A stretch of DNA of 44,174 nucleotides from NCBI GenBank assembly GCA_000934665.2, contig JYFJ02003281.1, positions 1-44,174 on the forward strand. Reading direction: 5' to 3'. The translations under genes were made by a program, and so were the position numbers. This document shows, in pieces, positions 1-12,234 of this stretch. The notes under the pieces are model-generated. The model did no database searches and had not been told where the DNA came from. It saw only the letters and a program-made list of their open reading frames with translations. Within the stretch, counting starts at the first letter, position 1. Each line of letters opens with the position of its first letter. The stretch is from Catajapyx aquilonaris (Eukaryota).

Positions 1-93
1 CGTTGCGACAGGACCTAGTGGAACCCCCTTTCGTCGGTCGCAAAGCGTCTGACCGCGCGATCGACGCTCATATCGTGAGGGCGTAAATAGGCC
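1..93. mobile_element. Probable right end of a Harbinger-like MITE, truncated by the window edge
   Basis: CpG-rich segment ending GCGTAAATAGGCC followed by TTTA. The partner end is not in the window. Confidence 0.3.
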
Positions 94-1589
94 TTTAGGG
101 TGCAACAGCCATGAGGATGTGCGACACACAAGGATACCGTATGTGATAGAGGAAGGATGCGAACAAAACATACATAAATACAACATAAAAACCTCGGTAT
201 GCGGTTTTATCAAAGAAGATCAATACTCTCCAGGAATACCAAAATGTGTCGCAGAAGTGCTGGACCAAACGTCTGATACACATGCTACTGCAGTCAATGC
301 TGTCAGAGGACTTCTACGTCGATTATTATTATAGCAAAATTTTTATAGCAGGTGTATCCGATATTTGGTCCAGAACGACCAGAAGTGAGACAAGTTCTCT
401 TTACGAGTGTATTAGAGTAATTAACATGTCCTCCAAGTCATTATTTCTCCTCATTTTCTTGCTCCTCCTTTCCCTATTGCTTATCCCTATGTGGCACACC
501 CCTTGTGATGGTTGGATAAGACGACGACCGTGTGGAGTTTTTCTCGGGAATATGATTTTGTCGGCTCTTTTCCCACTCTGATGTGAATCTTTAATCCACT
601 CTTAGATTATATTAATCCACAGCTGTAGAATATGTGTACCGGGGCGTATTCATAAATAAACTATGCCTACTGTACATTGTTTACTGGCTCGTCTTCATTT
701 GAATAAACCTTGTTCAGTATATAAAGTGTCAGAGCCGTAATGGGCCTCAACTTGGAACGCTAAATCTGCTTGATAAAAAGCCATAATACTTGTATTTGGT
801 GGCATGACTTCAACGCGTCTGACAGTAATAGAAGAAATAAAAAATTTCTCCTGCTGAACACACTCCAAAATTGCGACAAGTAAAAGGAATATTTCCTTTT
901 AAATACAGAATTGGTTTGGCTGACCTTAGGATATCAGCCACATGGTTATCTGCAATCTCATAGAAAACACAACATCAACCAACAACAACAGACTTCCTAG
1001 GTTAATGTTGCTTATTCATCACTTTTCCATTTTTCTGGCATCATTTTATATGATAATAACACATTCTACCTTTTTCTTTAAATTCGAGAAGGTCACGATC
1101 CAGTGAACTTGCATCTGTTCTATGTTCTGAGCGATTTTATTGTTTTTTTATTCAATATCTTTGTAAGTCTCAGTCAGTATTGAACCTAATATTGCTTCTA
1201 AAATATGCAAGAAGTGAGCCGCATGAGATCATTACGTAAATAGCAGGAAATGTTAGTTTTCTCTCATGCAAATCTAATCCGAACAGATATTGTAAAGCGT
1301 GTATTTTGATTGGTCATGTTTTCCATACCATACTGTACATAGAAATTTTCAGAGCAATATTTTGCTCCTCATATAGAAGACAAACTTAAAAAATCCTACA
1401 AAATTATGAGAATAATTTTTCAAAAACCTCGGTTAATAAATGACACGACTACTGGAAATAATATACTAGAGAGTATTATGGTAGAGAAACCAAATGTCTA
1501 CGAGAGTAAAAAGAGAAGAAATAGAGAAGTAAAAACAGAGCGAGAGCATTTAGGCAGGACGGCACTGCACAAACCACACAAGCACTAAC

Positions 1590-3807
1590 TGATCTCGCAC
1601 TGCCAGCGGCGGCTTCAAGTCTTTGGGTTGGATTTTTCGAGGATCACTCAGGTCCACAACCCACAGAGTCACTGATGGGTTGGTGGTACCAGGCTGAAAA
1701 AAGCGAGACTTTTTAGACAATGCAAAATATAGGAAGACAAATACAGAAGATGTGCATTGCTTACAAGATCTTAGATTACAAGATTTTAGCACAGAGCTAC
1801 AGTCCTCATTACTCCATGGCAGAATAATGTGTTTCTTACCTTCGGATAACGCAACTTCTGAACTTCGGGATAAAGCATTTGTTGCTCCAGGTTCCCATAC
1901 ACTAAATACTGATGCTCTTCCACCAAAGAATCATTGAAAGTGGCAAAAAGAAGCATCCTTCCATCCGCCGAGAACCATAACGCATGGTTGCTGTTAAGGA
2001 TTTCCTCTGAGAAGGAAAAACACATTACCATCATGCAATCAGACTTACTGTATATACTTACCTTCATAGACCCAGTCTGGAACGCCGTGACTGACTATCC
2101 CAGGAATGGCAGTGTCTGTGACTCTGTGTACGGTATCAGAATTGGCGGTTGATTTGTAGTAAATATCATAATCATGGACCATGATAAGGGAATTGCCTCG
2201 AGGGGCCCATCCTGCATAGAGTAACATAGTTTCGTCGTGTGTCGGGCTCAGTTCAGTCGTTTTACTGAAACAGTCAAATCTAGATTACCAAACCAGCATT
2301 GGATATTTTGCACTACGTTCTTTTTCAATTTCAAAGGGTAGCATACACTGCTTTTCTATAATTCAATGGATAGTTCAATTGATACAGAAATTGCAAAAAT
2401 AAAAGTTGAACCTAGGCTCGCGACCCATCGCACCAGTTGGAAACCACTGGCCATGGCCTAGGCCATTCCCTGCTGCACATAACCGGATTGTAAATTAAAA
2501 TTAAATTAATTGACCTAACCCTGAGCCAGGTCTCGACTGGAGTCTAAGCTGCCCAGGAGGGACTAACAGATCAACTCATTCCCGTACCCCCCTCCCCCCA
2601 TTCAGTTCTTCAACTTGGACAGACAAACAAACACCCTGTTTTCCACCCGGAACAACCCAAAACAATGCAAAGAATAGCGATTGAAAGCCTCGAAAAGATG
2701 AGGAGCTGTGATTCTTAGCTAGCTAGTAGCTACTTTCCAAGGTACGAACTACCTTATGTCAAATGCGGTCAAATTCATGGCATGTCAACTTCACGTCTTG
2801 GCGAGCATATGATCGCCCTGAGTTGTCCGCAGTGGAAGACTTTCAGATGAGGCCTTTAGTGTGGTGTCTACCGTTATAAGGTTAATTTGAGATGTAACAT
2901 TTACCCTAACTTGACCAAAATGCTTCATGGAGTAACGTCTAAAATACAGGTAGACGTTACCATTAGAGATTATCCGAGATTATCCTACTGCATTAAGAGT
3001 GTAGTTTAGTTTTGTCAGGTAAGTCGACTTGATGATTGCATAATCGAAAAATCAGTCGTTTTTCGGGCGTAGTTTACCCTCAATACCTTTACAAAACATT
3101 GTTAATGGAATATAATGGTCTTGAGGGAAGATTTTCTTACTGACAAGGGAAGGTCACGGGGTGATAATGACGGATCTTGATGAAATTTAACATGCTAATA
3201 CAGGACAATACTGTATATGATACCCAAAAATGAAATATTTCGTGCGGAGGCCCATATTTGCAAAAGTTATGACGTCTTAAAGTTTCAAAAATAATACATT
3301 TTCATTGATAATGGGATTACATTAGCGACCACATATAATGACATTGAAGTGTGTAATCAGTTTCTACCGGTTTCTACACTTTTTCTCATCGGAAAAAAGT
3401 CCTACAGTCTGTCTGTGGACAGGTATCAAGGCCTAAACCGTAAGAGATACAGAGCCGTTATGTAGGACTTTTTTCCGATGAGACAAAGTGTATGGAGGAA
3501 CTGATTACACACTTCAATGTGGTCTTATATGTGGTCGCTAATGTAATCTCATTATGAACTCAATTAAAATGTGTTTTTTAAAATTTTGAGACGTCATAAC
3601 TTTTGCAAATATGGGCCTCCGCATGAAATATTTCATTTTTGGGTATCATATATTGTCCTGTATTTGCATGTTAAATTTCATCAAGATCCGTCATTATCAC
3701 CCTGTGACCTTCCCTTGTGAGATAAAGTATAGAGACTATGAAAAAGCTACTTACTCTGCATCCACATCGTAGAGAAGATATTGAGCAAGAAAAGTGTGCC
3801 GGTAGAG
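1590..3807 (-). CDS. Dipeptidyl peptidase IV / DPP10 family (S9B) gene, internal beta-propeller exons only
   Basis: Phase-consistent GT-AG exons 3807-3755 (LYRHTFLAQYLLYDV), 2264-2062 (YAGWAPRGNSL...GVPDWVYE), 2006-1840 (EEILNSNHALWFSADG...ATFNDS...LRYPK) and 1693-1590 (PGTTNPSVTLWVVDL). DWVYEEE, ALWxSxDG and YPKPG are DPP4-family hallmarks. Start and catalytic domain are not seen. Confidence 0.92.
3144..3717. mobile_element. Tc4/Tc5-like fold-back MITE
   Basis: Long inverted arms (about 270 bp) beginning CAAGGGAAGGTCAC and ending GTGACCTTCCCTTG. TGA is duplicated at 3141-3143 and 3718-3720 within a C-TGA-G target, matching the CTNAG rule of Tc4/Tc5. Confidence 0.85.
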
Positions 3808-4349
3808 CTGTAAAAAAGGGCTTTAATTGAGCAAAATGGCTTATTCAAGGTTGTAGACTATGAATACATTGTATGTACAGTACTACAGGAGCAAAAGATA
3901 AACTCATAACTGCAAATGCCCAGGTGAACAATAATTATGCTATATACTAATGGCAACTTTTAAAAATCACTTTCGCAGTCAATCTGCATTATTTCAGGAA
4001 GTGCTTTCGTTAGTTTGTATTATTTAAAAAAGCGCTCTTTTGTCAGTAAGGGGATTATTATAAAGCGGTGATTTATGAAGAGTAACATCTCTAATGGTTA
4101 TAAAAAGTAGCCAATGAGCAGTTAATATGATGTAGAATTGAATATTCCATTCGAGATCTTAATTTAAATAAAATGATTAAGAATATTAGAACTTGTTGGC
4201 ATCGAAAGTCTATGATTGAACACATTCCTTAAGGTCAGACGCCCGAATCAGGCGTTAAAGCCCTGGCAACCTAATATTAGAAGCTAATACTTAAGATAAC
4301 CAATGGAAGTACCTATTCAAAAACGAGTACTTAAAAAGAAAAAGCTTAA

Positions 4350-5469
4350 GGTAGTTCTTGCGCTAGGAAACGGAGGGCAGGGGGTGGGGTGTTGAGCCTA
4401 TGTTTATACATGGGAAGAGCTGGCCAATACCAACTTCTGCGATTGTAAGACATTTCTTCTAGTATTTCTCTGAAACAGAGTTTTGAGTACGTGTTTCGCG
4501 TCGGATACGTTACGTGAACATTTATTTGGGGATAATAATTCCCTCGTGCACTTTTGTCCCGGAGAAGAGCAGAAATGTGGCTGTTCCAAATACCGGAAAA
4601 AGTGCGGGAAATCTGGCAACGTTGCATACGTTGGTACCCTTTGTCAACAAAGTATCGATGTTTCGATGTATCGCTATTTCCCCCCCCCCCCCAGCGATAT
4701 ATCGAGTTCTCGACCCCGATTATTACATCGATATTTTAATAAAATTACAGTGATTTGAGCTTATCAGACATCGATATTTTATAAGTAAACCATCGATATA
4801 TCGATATCAATACATCGATAGTCCCATCTCCCCCGCCCCATTCGAACGTGCCTCGTTTGCTGGTAACTTAGGTAACTGTCTAGTCGATCAATAACTTGAG
4901 ACCAGAGACCAATCTCACATACACAATCATACACATTCATACACAATCATACAGTACCGGACCGGCGGCGTTTCATTGAGAAACTCCACGGACAACACTT
5001 GCACTTCCCTTGTCAGTTACATGCCATTCTGAAACCTAGGCGGATCGGGATTTTCAAATCCCGAGCGAAGGCCGCCATGCCTATTGTCGCTTACAGCGTT
5101 GCCACTTCGACGCCAACTGTAGGGTCGGCTCCTCACAAAATGACGATTTGCGGGGGAAGGACCATGGTGACCACTATGAAAATCGCCACTAAATTAATCT
5201 CCCGACTTTCCCCCACATGAATATGGTTTTTTGTTAACATCTCAATGTTATTAAAGAAGCTAGGGACACTTTTCTCGCGGCCCGCAGACCGGCTCCCATA
5301 AGGCTCCATGCATAAGGGGCCGCCAGAAGCTCAACTTTGAAAATTATTATCTCGCAAACGAGATAGACGAACCTCTTGAAACTTCACAGGCGCATGTGCG
5401 ACATGCCCAGGAATGGATGGTGTGATTTTCACGAAATTGTCAATGAATGGACTTAGCGCAAGAACTACC
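4350..5469. mobile_element. Non-autonomous Kolobok-like DNA transposon with nested fragments
   Basis: 16-bp TIR GGTAGTTCTTGCGCTA / TAGCGCAAGAACTACC flanked by TTAA on both sides (4346-4349, 5470-5473). An ATCGAT-rich MITE fragment lies inside at about 4654-4830. Confidence 0.75.
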
Positions 5470-5833
5470 TTAATTGTGCTGCTCTCTGATTTCTGATTTC
5501 CCATAGTTAGATTAGCATGTGAAATGTTTTCATGGGTACCGGAGCAATGAAAATGCCCCGTTTGAACTTTTTATGCCGCAATAATTTTATTTGGGAGTAT
5601 TCGAAGGAAATCCATTTACATGGGTGGTTTCAAAAGCCATGGGATGAATTTTTGTATTCTAAAATGGTAACACATAGAGAGATGACCTTTTGCCTTAATT
5701 GCATTAAATTCAACAGCAATGTAGTCCTGGTAATTATCCTCGGTGTGTGTGGGTGTGTCTGTAGGATTTATAACCATCTTGAGCAATAATGGTGAAAGTG
5801 CTAAAAGGCTAACGGTATTGTTTTGTTGTGCAG

Positions 5834-8800
5834 AGCTTAAGAGCAATGCTTGAGCGCCTCGAGACCCAAATCAGGCAGCAGAGGGAACAGTTTGAGAGTA
5901 GAGCAGAGGCACCTACAGGTCCCAGTGCAGGAGATCCTCCGATGAGTCCGCAGTCACCAACTGCAGGCACACCTGACATCAGTGGAACTTCCTCACCTCC
6001 TGGGTCCAGTGGTGCAAATCCAGCAATGAATCGACAGTTTCGTTTTTTTCGCAGCCAGGCACAGGCTGATGATTCTGAGAGTGACAGTGGTGAGAATTGT
6101 ATTGTTTTAGTTTATAAATGGTTTACAATATTCTTGTGAGAAAGGTTAGAATATATTAATTAAAGAAATAATAAGTTATTTATGTGTATGACAATGTGCT
6201 GGAAATGCAGATGATGCAGTCACACATGATGTCACTATCGGCCCAACAGATGGTGACAGCAGTGAGGCTGACTGGGACGTCCCTGAGTGGCGTAATACCC
6301 GTCCTCGACGCCTAGCACACTTCAGTGAGTCTGGCGCTGGTAGAGGTGTTGGGAGCAGCACAGGAGACGGCAGCAGGGTTGGCCCTGTCAGAGCACGAGG
6401 AAGAGGGATGGCAGGTGCATTCAGGCGAGACCCAGGAGATGGTAGTGGTAGTGGCTTCCTTCGCCACAGGTGGTATCCAAACCTGTTCAACTACAGGGAT
6501 CGAGAGGAGATGCGAGAGGACCTGAGAGAACACTTCAGGGAGATAAGCCGGAGGCAGCGGGAGAGGGAGCGACAGCATGCCAGAGACATTGCCAGGAGAA
6601 GGGCCCATTACAGGTAAGATTTTTAAATTATTTAACTTTTTATTTTTTGCTACTGTAGGTCAATGCACTAATTTATTATTTTATCCAAAAGGGAAGTGCT
6701 GGCCACTATGGTGGAGAGCTTGACCAACTTCTTCGAGCAACATGGGCTTGTCAGTGACTCAGCACCACCAAACCTTGATGATAGGATGTACAGTAAGTGT
6801 GGTGGGCTGAGGAGTGTCTCATACAATAAGAGTGAAGAAGGCATTTGAATAAAATAATCATTGGTATTGTACTGTACAGTGCTTCTTAGCCAACGTCATG
6901 TTACTGTTGATACACAGGCAAAGAACATGTTATGTGGCATAATGGTAAATTTTGGTGTGATGTTGAACTTTTTAATATGTATAAATAGAACTATATATTG
7001 CTCTGTACAGGGTGTTATCAACCTTCCAGGGCATGGACGATTTGCTAGGTTGAACTGTGGCATCACCAAGAACTTAAACTCATACATGCGTAGTTAGGCC
7101 GGGCACAAACGGGCAACTTGGAGCGAGAACCAAGTGGCATGCTCCCCAGGGCAGGCATGTCGCTGCCATAAGGCCCATTCACACTGGCCTTTAGATGGTC
7201 TTGTCTATGGACGCGTTGGTGCCACCGACCAATCGGAAAGGGCCCCGAGGGTCCGCTCTGATTGGTCGGTGCGGCAATGCCCTTCTTTTGTCAGAAGTGG
7301 TAGTTTACACGTTTCAGGTAGTCCTGCATCAGTGCGCACACGCTCTGCCCAAGCGCGTTGTCCTATTGGCCAGTCGCAGTTTGAGATCAACTGATTGAGA
7401 CCACAACAAAAACAGATTCAACAGAATTTGTCCACGACCATTTTTGACTACCTCTTCGACCATCAGGGCCCTCTCTGATTGGTCGTCAGCGTCCATATGA
7501 CCGTAGACAAGACCGTTGATGACCAGCGTGAATGGGCCTTATGCATTCAGACTTCTCCCAAATTTTTTTGCAAGCAACTGGTGGGCGGAGCTCATTGGTG
7601 CATGACCTGTTTTCATCCCAGCAGTTTTGCTCAAGCAACAAATTCCTCCCGAGTTCCCCGTTTGCGCCTGGCCATAAATGCAGATGTTGCCTCTGTCCAG
7701 GTGGGTGACTCCTAGTGACACCCCCCACCCCCCCCAACTTGCATTACAGTAACTTTTGGGATAGGTCTCCATCTTCTTTGATAGTTCAAAGTTGCTTTAA
7801 TAACAGTGCCCAAGTGGAATTTACACACAGCACTGATATACTACAAGTACCCCTCCACCGCCATCCACTTTGACAGCAGTGGACTCATGAGTGTAACCAC
7901 TCAGCAAGCACAAGACAATAGTGATCGTACAGTTAGAAATATGTCAGCCTTGGTTACCTGATGTGGAATCAGGGTCTACTCTTTTGAAATGTTACAAAAG
8001 GAAGCTTAACATGTTCAAATATTGGAGCGTTGGCCCTTGTTTGCTTTCTGCTTTGCAGACTTGTTTTTACTACTACGAGTCGCCCTTCAGCTCACCAGTC
8101 TGATTCTTTCTGAGTTGCAATCTATCAGGTATGTACTGGTTTTTATAAGCACTGGTGTTGATAGAAAAGGCATCATCTGCTATTCATTTCAATAACTTTG
8201 TCACCTTTGAAATGGATAGTAGGTGATGCACTTTCTATGAACACCTGTGTACAGTACGTAGTGTGTTTGTGTGAGCATTGCATTAATGCCAGTTTTTCAC
8301 TCTTTACAGGGAAGCCCCAGAGGAGCGGACTATATCAAGGTTACCAAACCCATTTTCAGGGGCCAGTCGCAGTGGAGCAGTGCCTCAATCACCTGCAGGG
8401 GAGAGTTCTGGGGCTGCATCTGGGCCACCCCGAGTTGGGAGAGATCTAAGGCAGGGTTACTGGGAAAACCTCCGGACCTTCAGAGAGCAGCGTTCCACGG
8501 CAAGGGGTAGCAGTGAAAGTGGGAGTTCAGGTGCAAGGGGCGAGCCAGGTTCTGGGACAGCGCCAGGACAGCCAGCAGGGCGGCGGAGGGTTTATTTCTG
8601 CCCAGTGCTGGTTTCTCGCGGGGAATCACGCCGTCGACTGGGTGTCAATTGGGTGGTTGATCGTGGCTCACCAGGCAGAGCAAGCTCAAGTGCGAGTCCA
8701 GGGACGAGCCCAGAAAGCAATGAGAGCCCAACTACCCGTAGCCTGTCAGATACAATCAGTGAGTTGCAGTCAGTCCTTCGTGACTCACACAGCCATCTAT

Positions 8801-10593
8801 TAGATGGCTCTTCAGAAGACACGCCGGGTCAGTCTGGAACCCGTCCTCCTCCGCCTCCTCCCCCTCCCCCACCTCCTCCTCCATTATTACCAATGCCTGT
8901 GGCCGATGGCATTCCAGAAGTGTTGGTAAATGGGGAAGCTGTTCCAGAAGCAGAATTAGTTGAGCCTCAGCGAGAGGCTAACCCAGCTGCACCCACAGCC
9001 AGGAGTGGTTGGCCTGGTTGGAGTGTCCCATACACTTCACCTGCAGGCAGCGCGAGAGCTGAGCTGCCCCGGTACCTGGCACGACATGAGGGACGCCTGC
9101 TGGGATTCATCCACCCGTATGAAGGAAGGTGGGGAAGGACCGAGGGAGGTGCCAATGGAACAAATTCAAACAACGCAAGTGGCCCCAGGCCAGTACCGCC
9201 CCCATATCCTCCCCACCCACACCACTTCCTGGTTGGGTACAGGCCACCTCCTGGATTGCATCGCAGTGGTGGGGCCAGTGGTGCCAACAGTGGCGGAAGC
9301 TCTGGTGGAACTGGAGGCCTTCCTGGAAGGTACTCTGGGGAGTTCTCAGCTCTCCGGGCATTTGAGCACAGCCTTGCTGGTAATTGCCGGTTTTCTGCTG
9401 ATATATTTTTGCGTGCATCTGCGGGTGCGTCATCATTAAAGTGAGATTGCAAGATGACGATGTAATGGCATGGTGTGGTTGAGGATTCTCTCCAAGGTGT
9501 TCAGTTTTTTCTGGAATGATTGATGTTCTTATGAGTTAAATTCTGCACATGGTCCAAGGCTGACAGTTTCTCATGGGTGTTCATGGAAGTTGTCACAGTT
9601 CAAAACATGTGTTACTTTTCTCGATTTTGTAAGGCTGCATATATGCCCTGTTTGCATGTTAAGGCAAATGTGATTTTTAAATATACTTTTTTGGAATAAT
9701 TGGCTTTTAAAGCATTAGGCTGCCTTTAGGCTTTTTATCATTTGTAGAACATTTTTTGGCATTTTGCTGAACTAGATATTTTAAAATTGAATGATATCCT
9801 GGTATCACTTCATTTTAATTGTACCGAAGTAGTTGAGATCTTCATAGTTATTTTATTATGTGAGTAGTGTTGTGTCCTCAGTCTTATTGTGGTCTGTTGT
9901 CTCCCCCAGGGTCCTTCTTTCAAGAACCAGTGATGATCACCAATTCGTGCTTGTCGCTCACCCACAGGATTCAAGTATGGGACTTTATGCAGGGTGACAT
10001 TCCGGACATCACGGATCGTAAGTGCCACTGAATTGACTACATGCAATATTGGATGAACACTTGTGACTAAAGTGAAACATTATTTTGTTTAATTATTATT
10101 AGCGGAGAAGAATGTGGTGGTGAAGGAATGCAAGATCCACAATGATGCAAGTGTGTCAGTATCCCCCAATGGCAGCCTCTTGGCTACCCTCCTCCCTGGC
10201 CACTTCACAGGCACCACCACATTGGGAATTTACAGCCTTGCCTCTGGCACCCTGGGCCAATGCCTGTACACCTGGAGCTTCGAGCAGAATGCAGTTTCAG
10301 TAAGCCTGTCCCCTACTGGGAGGCACGTGGTGGTGGGACTGGCCTCTCGCCGTGCCTGCCTTTTGCCGACAGAGAAGCAGACCATAGCACAAGTTTTCCG
10401 TCTGGATCCACCACCTTCTTCCTCCTCCCCAATTCTGGCTGCCAATGGGAAGGGGAGATTGCGCCATGTGCGAGATCATGAGCAAAGTGGGGAGCACAGC
10501 TACGTGTCACTTAATTGCATCAGATGGGCACCGGTGCCGGGGCAGGGGACTGTCTTTGGGACCAATATGGGGCACTTGAAAATTCTCAGGTAG
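5834..10593 (+). CDS. AMBRA1: AMBRA1 (activating molecule in BECN1-regulated autophagy), 3' part
   Basis: Phase-consistent exons 5834-6089, 6211-6613, 6692-6792, 8059-8128, 8310-9379, 9910-10017 and 10103-10593. Motifs THRIQVWDF, CKIHNDASVSVSPNG, NAVSVSLSPTGRHVVVGLASRR and SLNCIRWAPVPGQGTVFGTNMG match the AMBRA1 C-terminal WD40 half. The N-terminal exons were not found. Confidence 0.92.
7097..7673. mobile_element. Harbinger/Tourist-like MITE (outer element)
   Basis: Imperfect TIRs GGCCGGGCACAAACGGGCAACT / AGTTCCCCGTTTGCGCCTGGCC, flanked by TTA and ATA. Confidence 0.65.
7171..7539. mobile_element. Harbinger/Tourist-like MITE nested in the previous element
   Basis: TIR AGGCCCATTCACACTGG / CCAGCGTGAATGGGCCT with TA on both sides. 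Subterminal inverted matches: GGTCTTGTCTA / TAGACAAGACC and GACCAATC / GATTGGTC. Confidence 0.75.
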
Positions 10594-12234
10594 TGTCCAG
10601 CTTGCTTGGGCACATGGGGTGGGGGTAATGATTGGCCTTTCTGTAGGAATGGAGACGCAGTTGGAATGGATTGGAGATGCTAACCACGTTGGAATGAAGC
10701 CTCAGTTATGTTGGTGGGATGGAGTTGACTGTTTGCCATAACCGCAATGGCGAACTTTTAGTGAAAGATTGTCTACAGCATAGATCGCTAATGTTGGGCC
10801 CCTTGAACAATTGGAAATCACTCACTATTTAGTGAAATAGTGGCCATCATTACAGTGCTGTCCACCTTTCTTGACAAAACGCAAACAATTTGCATGAACA
10901 CTTTGCAGTTATGACAGTTTCCCACCTTTGAAGTGGAATGTTGGCTGACTGAGATTGACAGTCAAAGTTGAATGGTTTGGTATCACAGACTATTTGACAG
11001 GAGCATCTTGGGTGATAATTTCTGCCATCTTGAGGGAGCATGTTCCCACCACCTCTTTTTTGCAGCCTATTCACACACACATACACAAAAAAAACCATGC
11101 ACCGTCTTCCATTGTTGCCAGGTAAATAACACTCCTGCTCTAATAATATTATTAATATTATTTTTTCTGTCACAGGGCAAGTTCCTACATGACGGTGTGC
11201 TTTGATTAAATTCTCTGTCCGGATAGTTTGTATATTAATTATTGCGTAATCCTGAGGGAGAGCCAAACAAATGAACCATGCCTGTTATAAACATGTGCAT
11301 TTATAAGTGCTGACTGAATTCCATTTGTGGTTTTGCTCACAGTTCTCTTTGTTTTTAATACCATTGCTGCAACATAAAAAGATTAACTCTCATTAGAAGC
11401 TGTGATAATCAACCTCATTATTTTTTTTTTTGTGAGGCACTAGTTTGGGGGTCCATGGCACATTTTCTTGGCTACCACTTGGTATTTTGTTGTTTATGAT
11501 GACGCTGACATTATCATGTTATGCTATACCTGTGTGTAATATCCTATCCCGCCCACCCACAAACCCAAGTGGTAATCATTAAGCTAGTCTGTAGGAATTA
11601 TGTAAAAAAAAAACACACATGTCAATTTCTCCCCCCAATAGCCCCCTTCTTTTGACTTGAATAAATAAAGCGAGTGATAGGCTCAATATTCTTACGAGTA
11701 TTATTGTGTGGCAGTGCTGGGGGGGGGGGGGNGGGTTAGGAGGTACAGTTTTCTCAGAAGTGTATGTATCATGTTACGTACATTATTGGTCCACCATTTC
11801 CTAAAAACCAATATGACAAGAGTTTGACCAACTTTAGGTCCGGTTGAATCCATCAGAGGAAAAAATAATGATTAGTTTGCAATATTGTAGTCTGGATTAT
11901 TGTACAGTATTGATGCTGCACTTTTGATCCTAGCTCATAACACCTAGATGCGATAAAATAGTACTTGCAAGCATAGAAGTGATGCGTAGACTATGGCCAG
12001 AGAGGTATGCCGAACAACACACTTTACTTTCATATGAGGCGCGTCGTAAATGGGGCGGTAACGATTGTGGTATCGGTAGGGTGCTACCCGCAAATATTTC
12101 TGGAGATGTCCAACCAGGAGCAGACTCTTACTGAGTGGCTGCTTCTGATTGGCCCTGGTCGCCATCACCCCCTGAGAGCTCCCATCCTATTGGTAGTAAG
12201 CGAAACACCGGCGTGCGTTGTGTTGTGCTGAGAC

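Noticed and set aside
7950..7995. CCTGATG...GAAATGTT resembling a Penelope hammerhead
   Set aside because: The core CTGANGA is broken and the stems are unconvincing.
8513..9452. Overlapping ORFs within the large AMBRA1 exon
   Set aside because: Shadows of a GC-rich low-complexity exon, with no independent motifs.
11719..11735. Poly-G run containing an N at 11732
   Set aside because: Sequencing or assembly ambiguity; G-quadruplex function cannot be supported.
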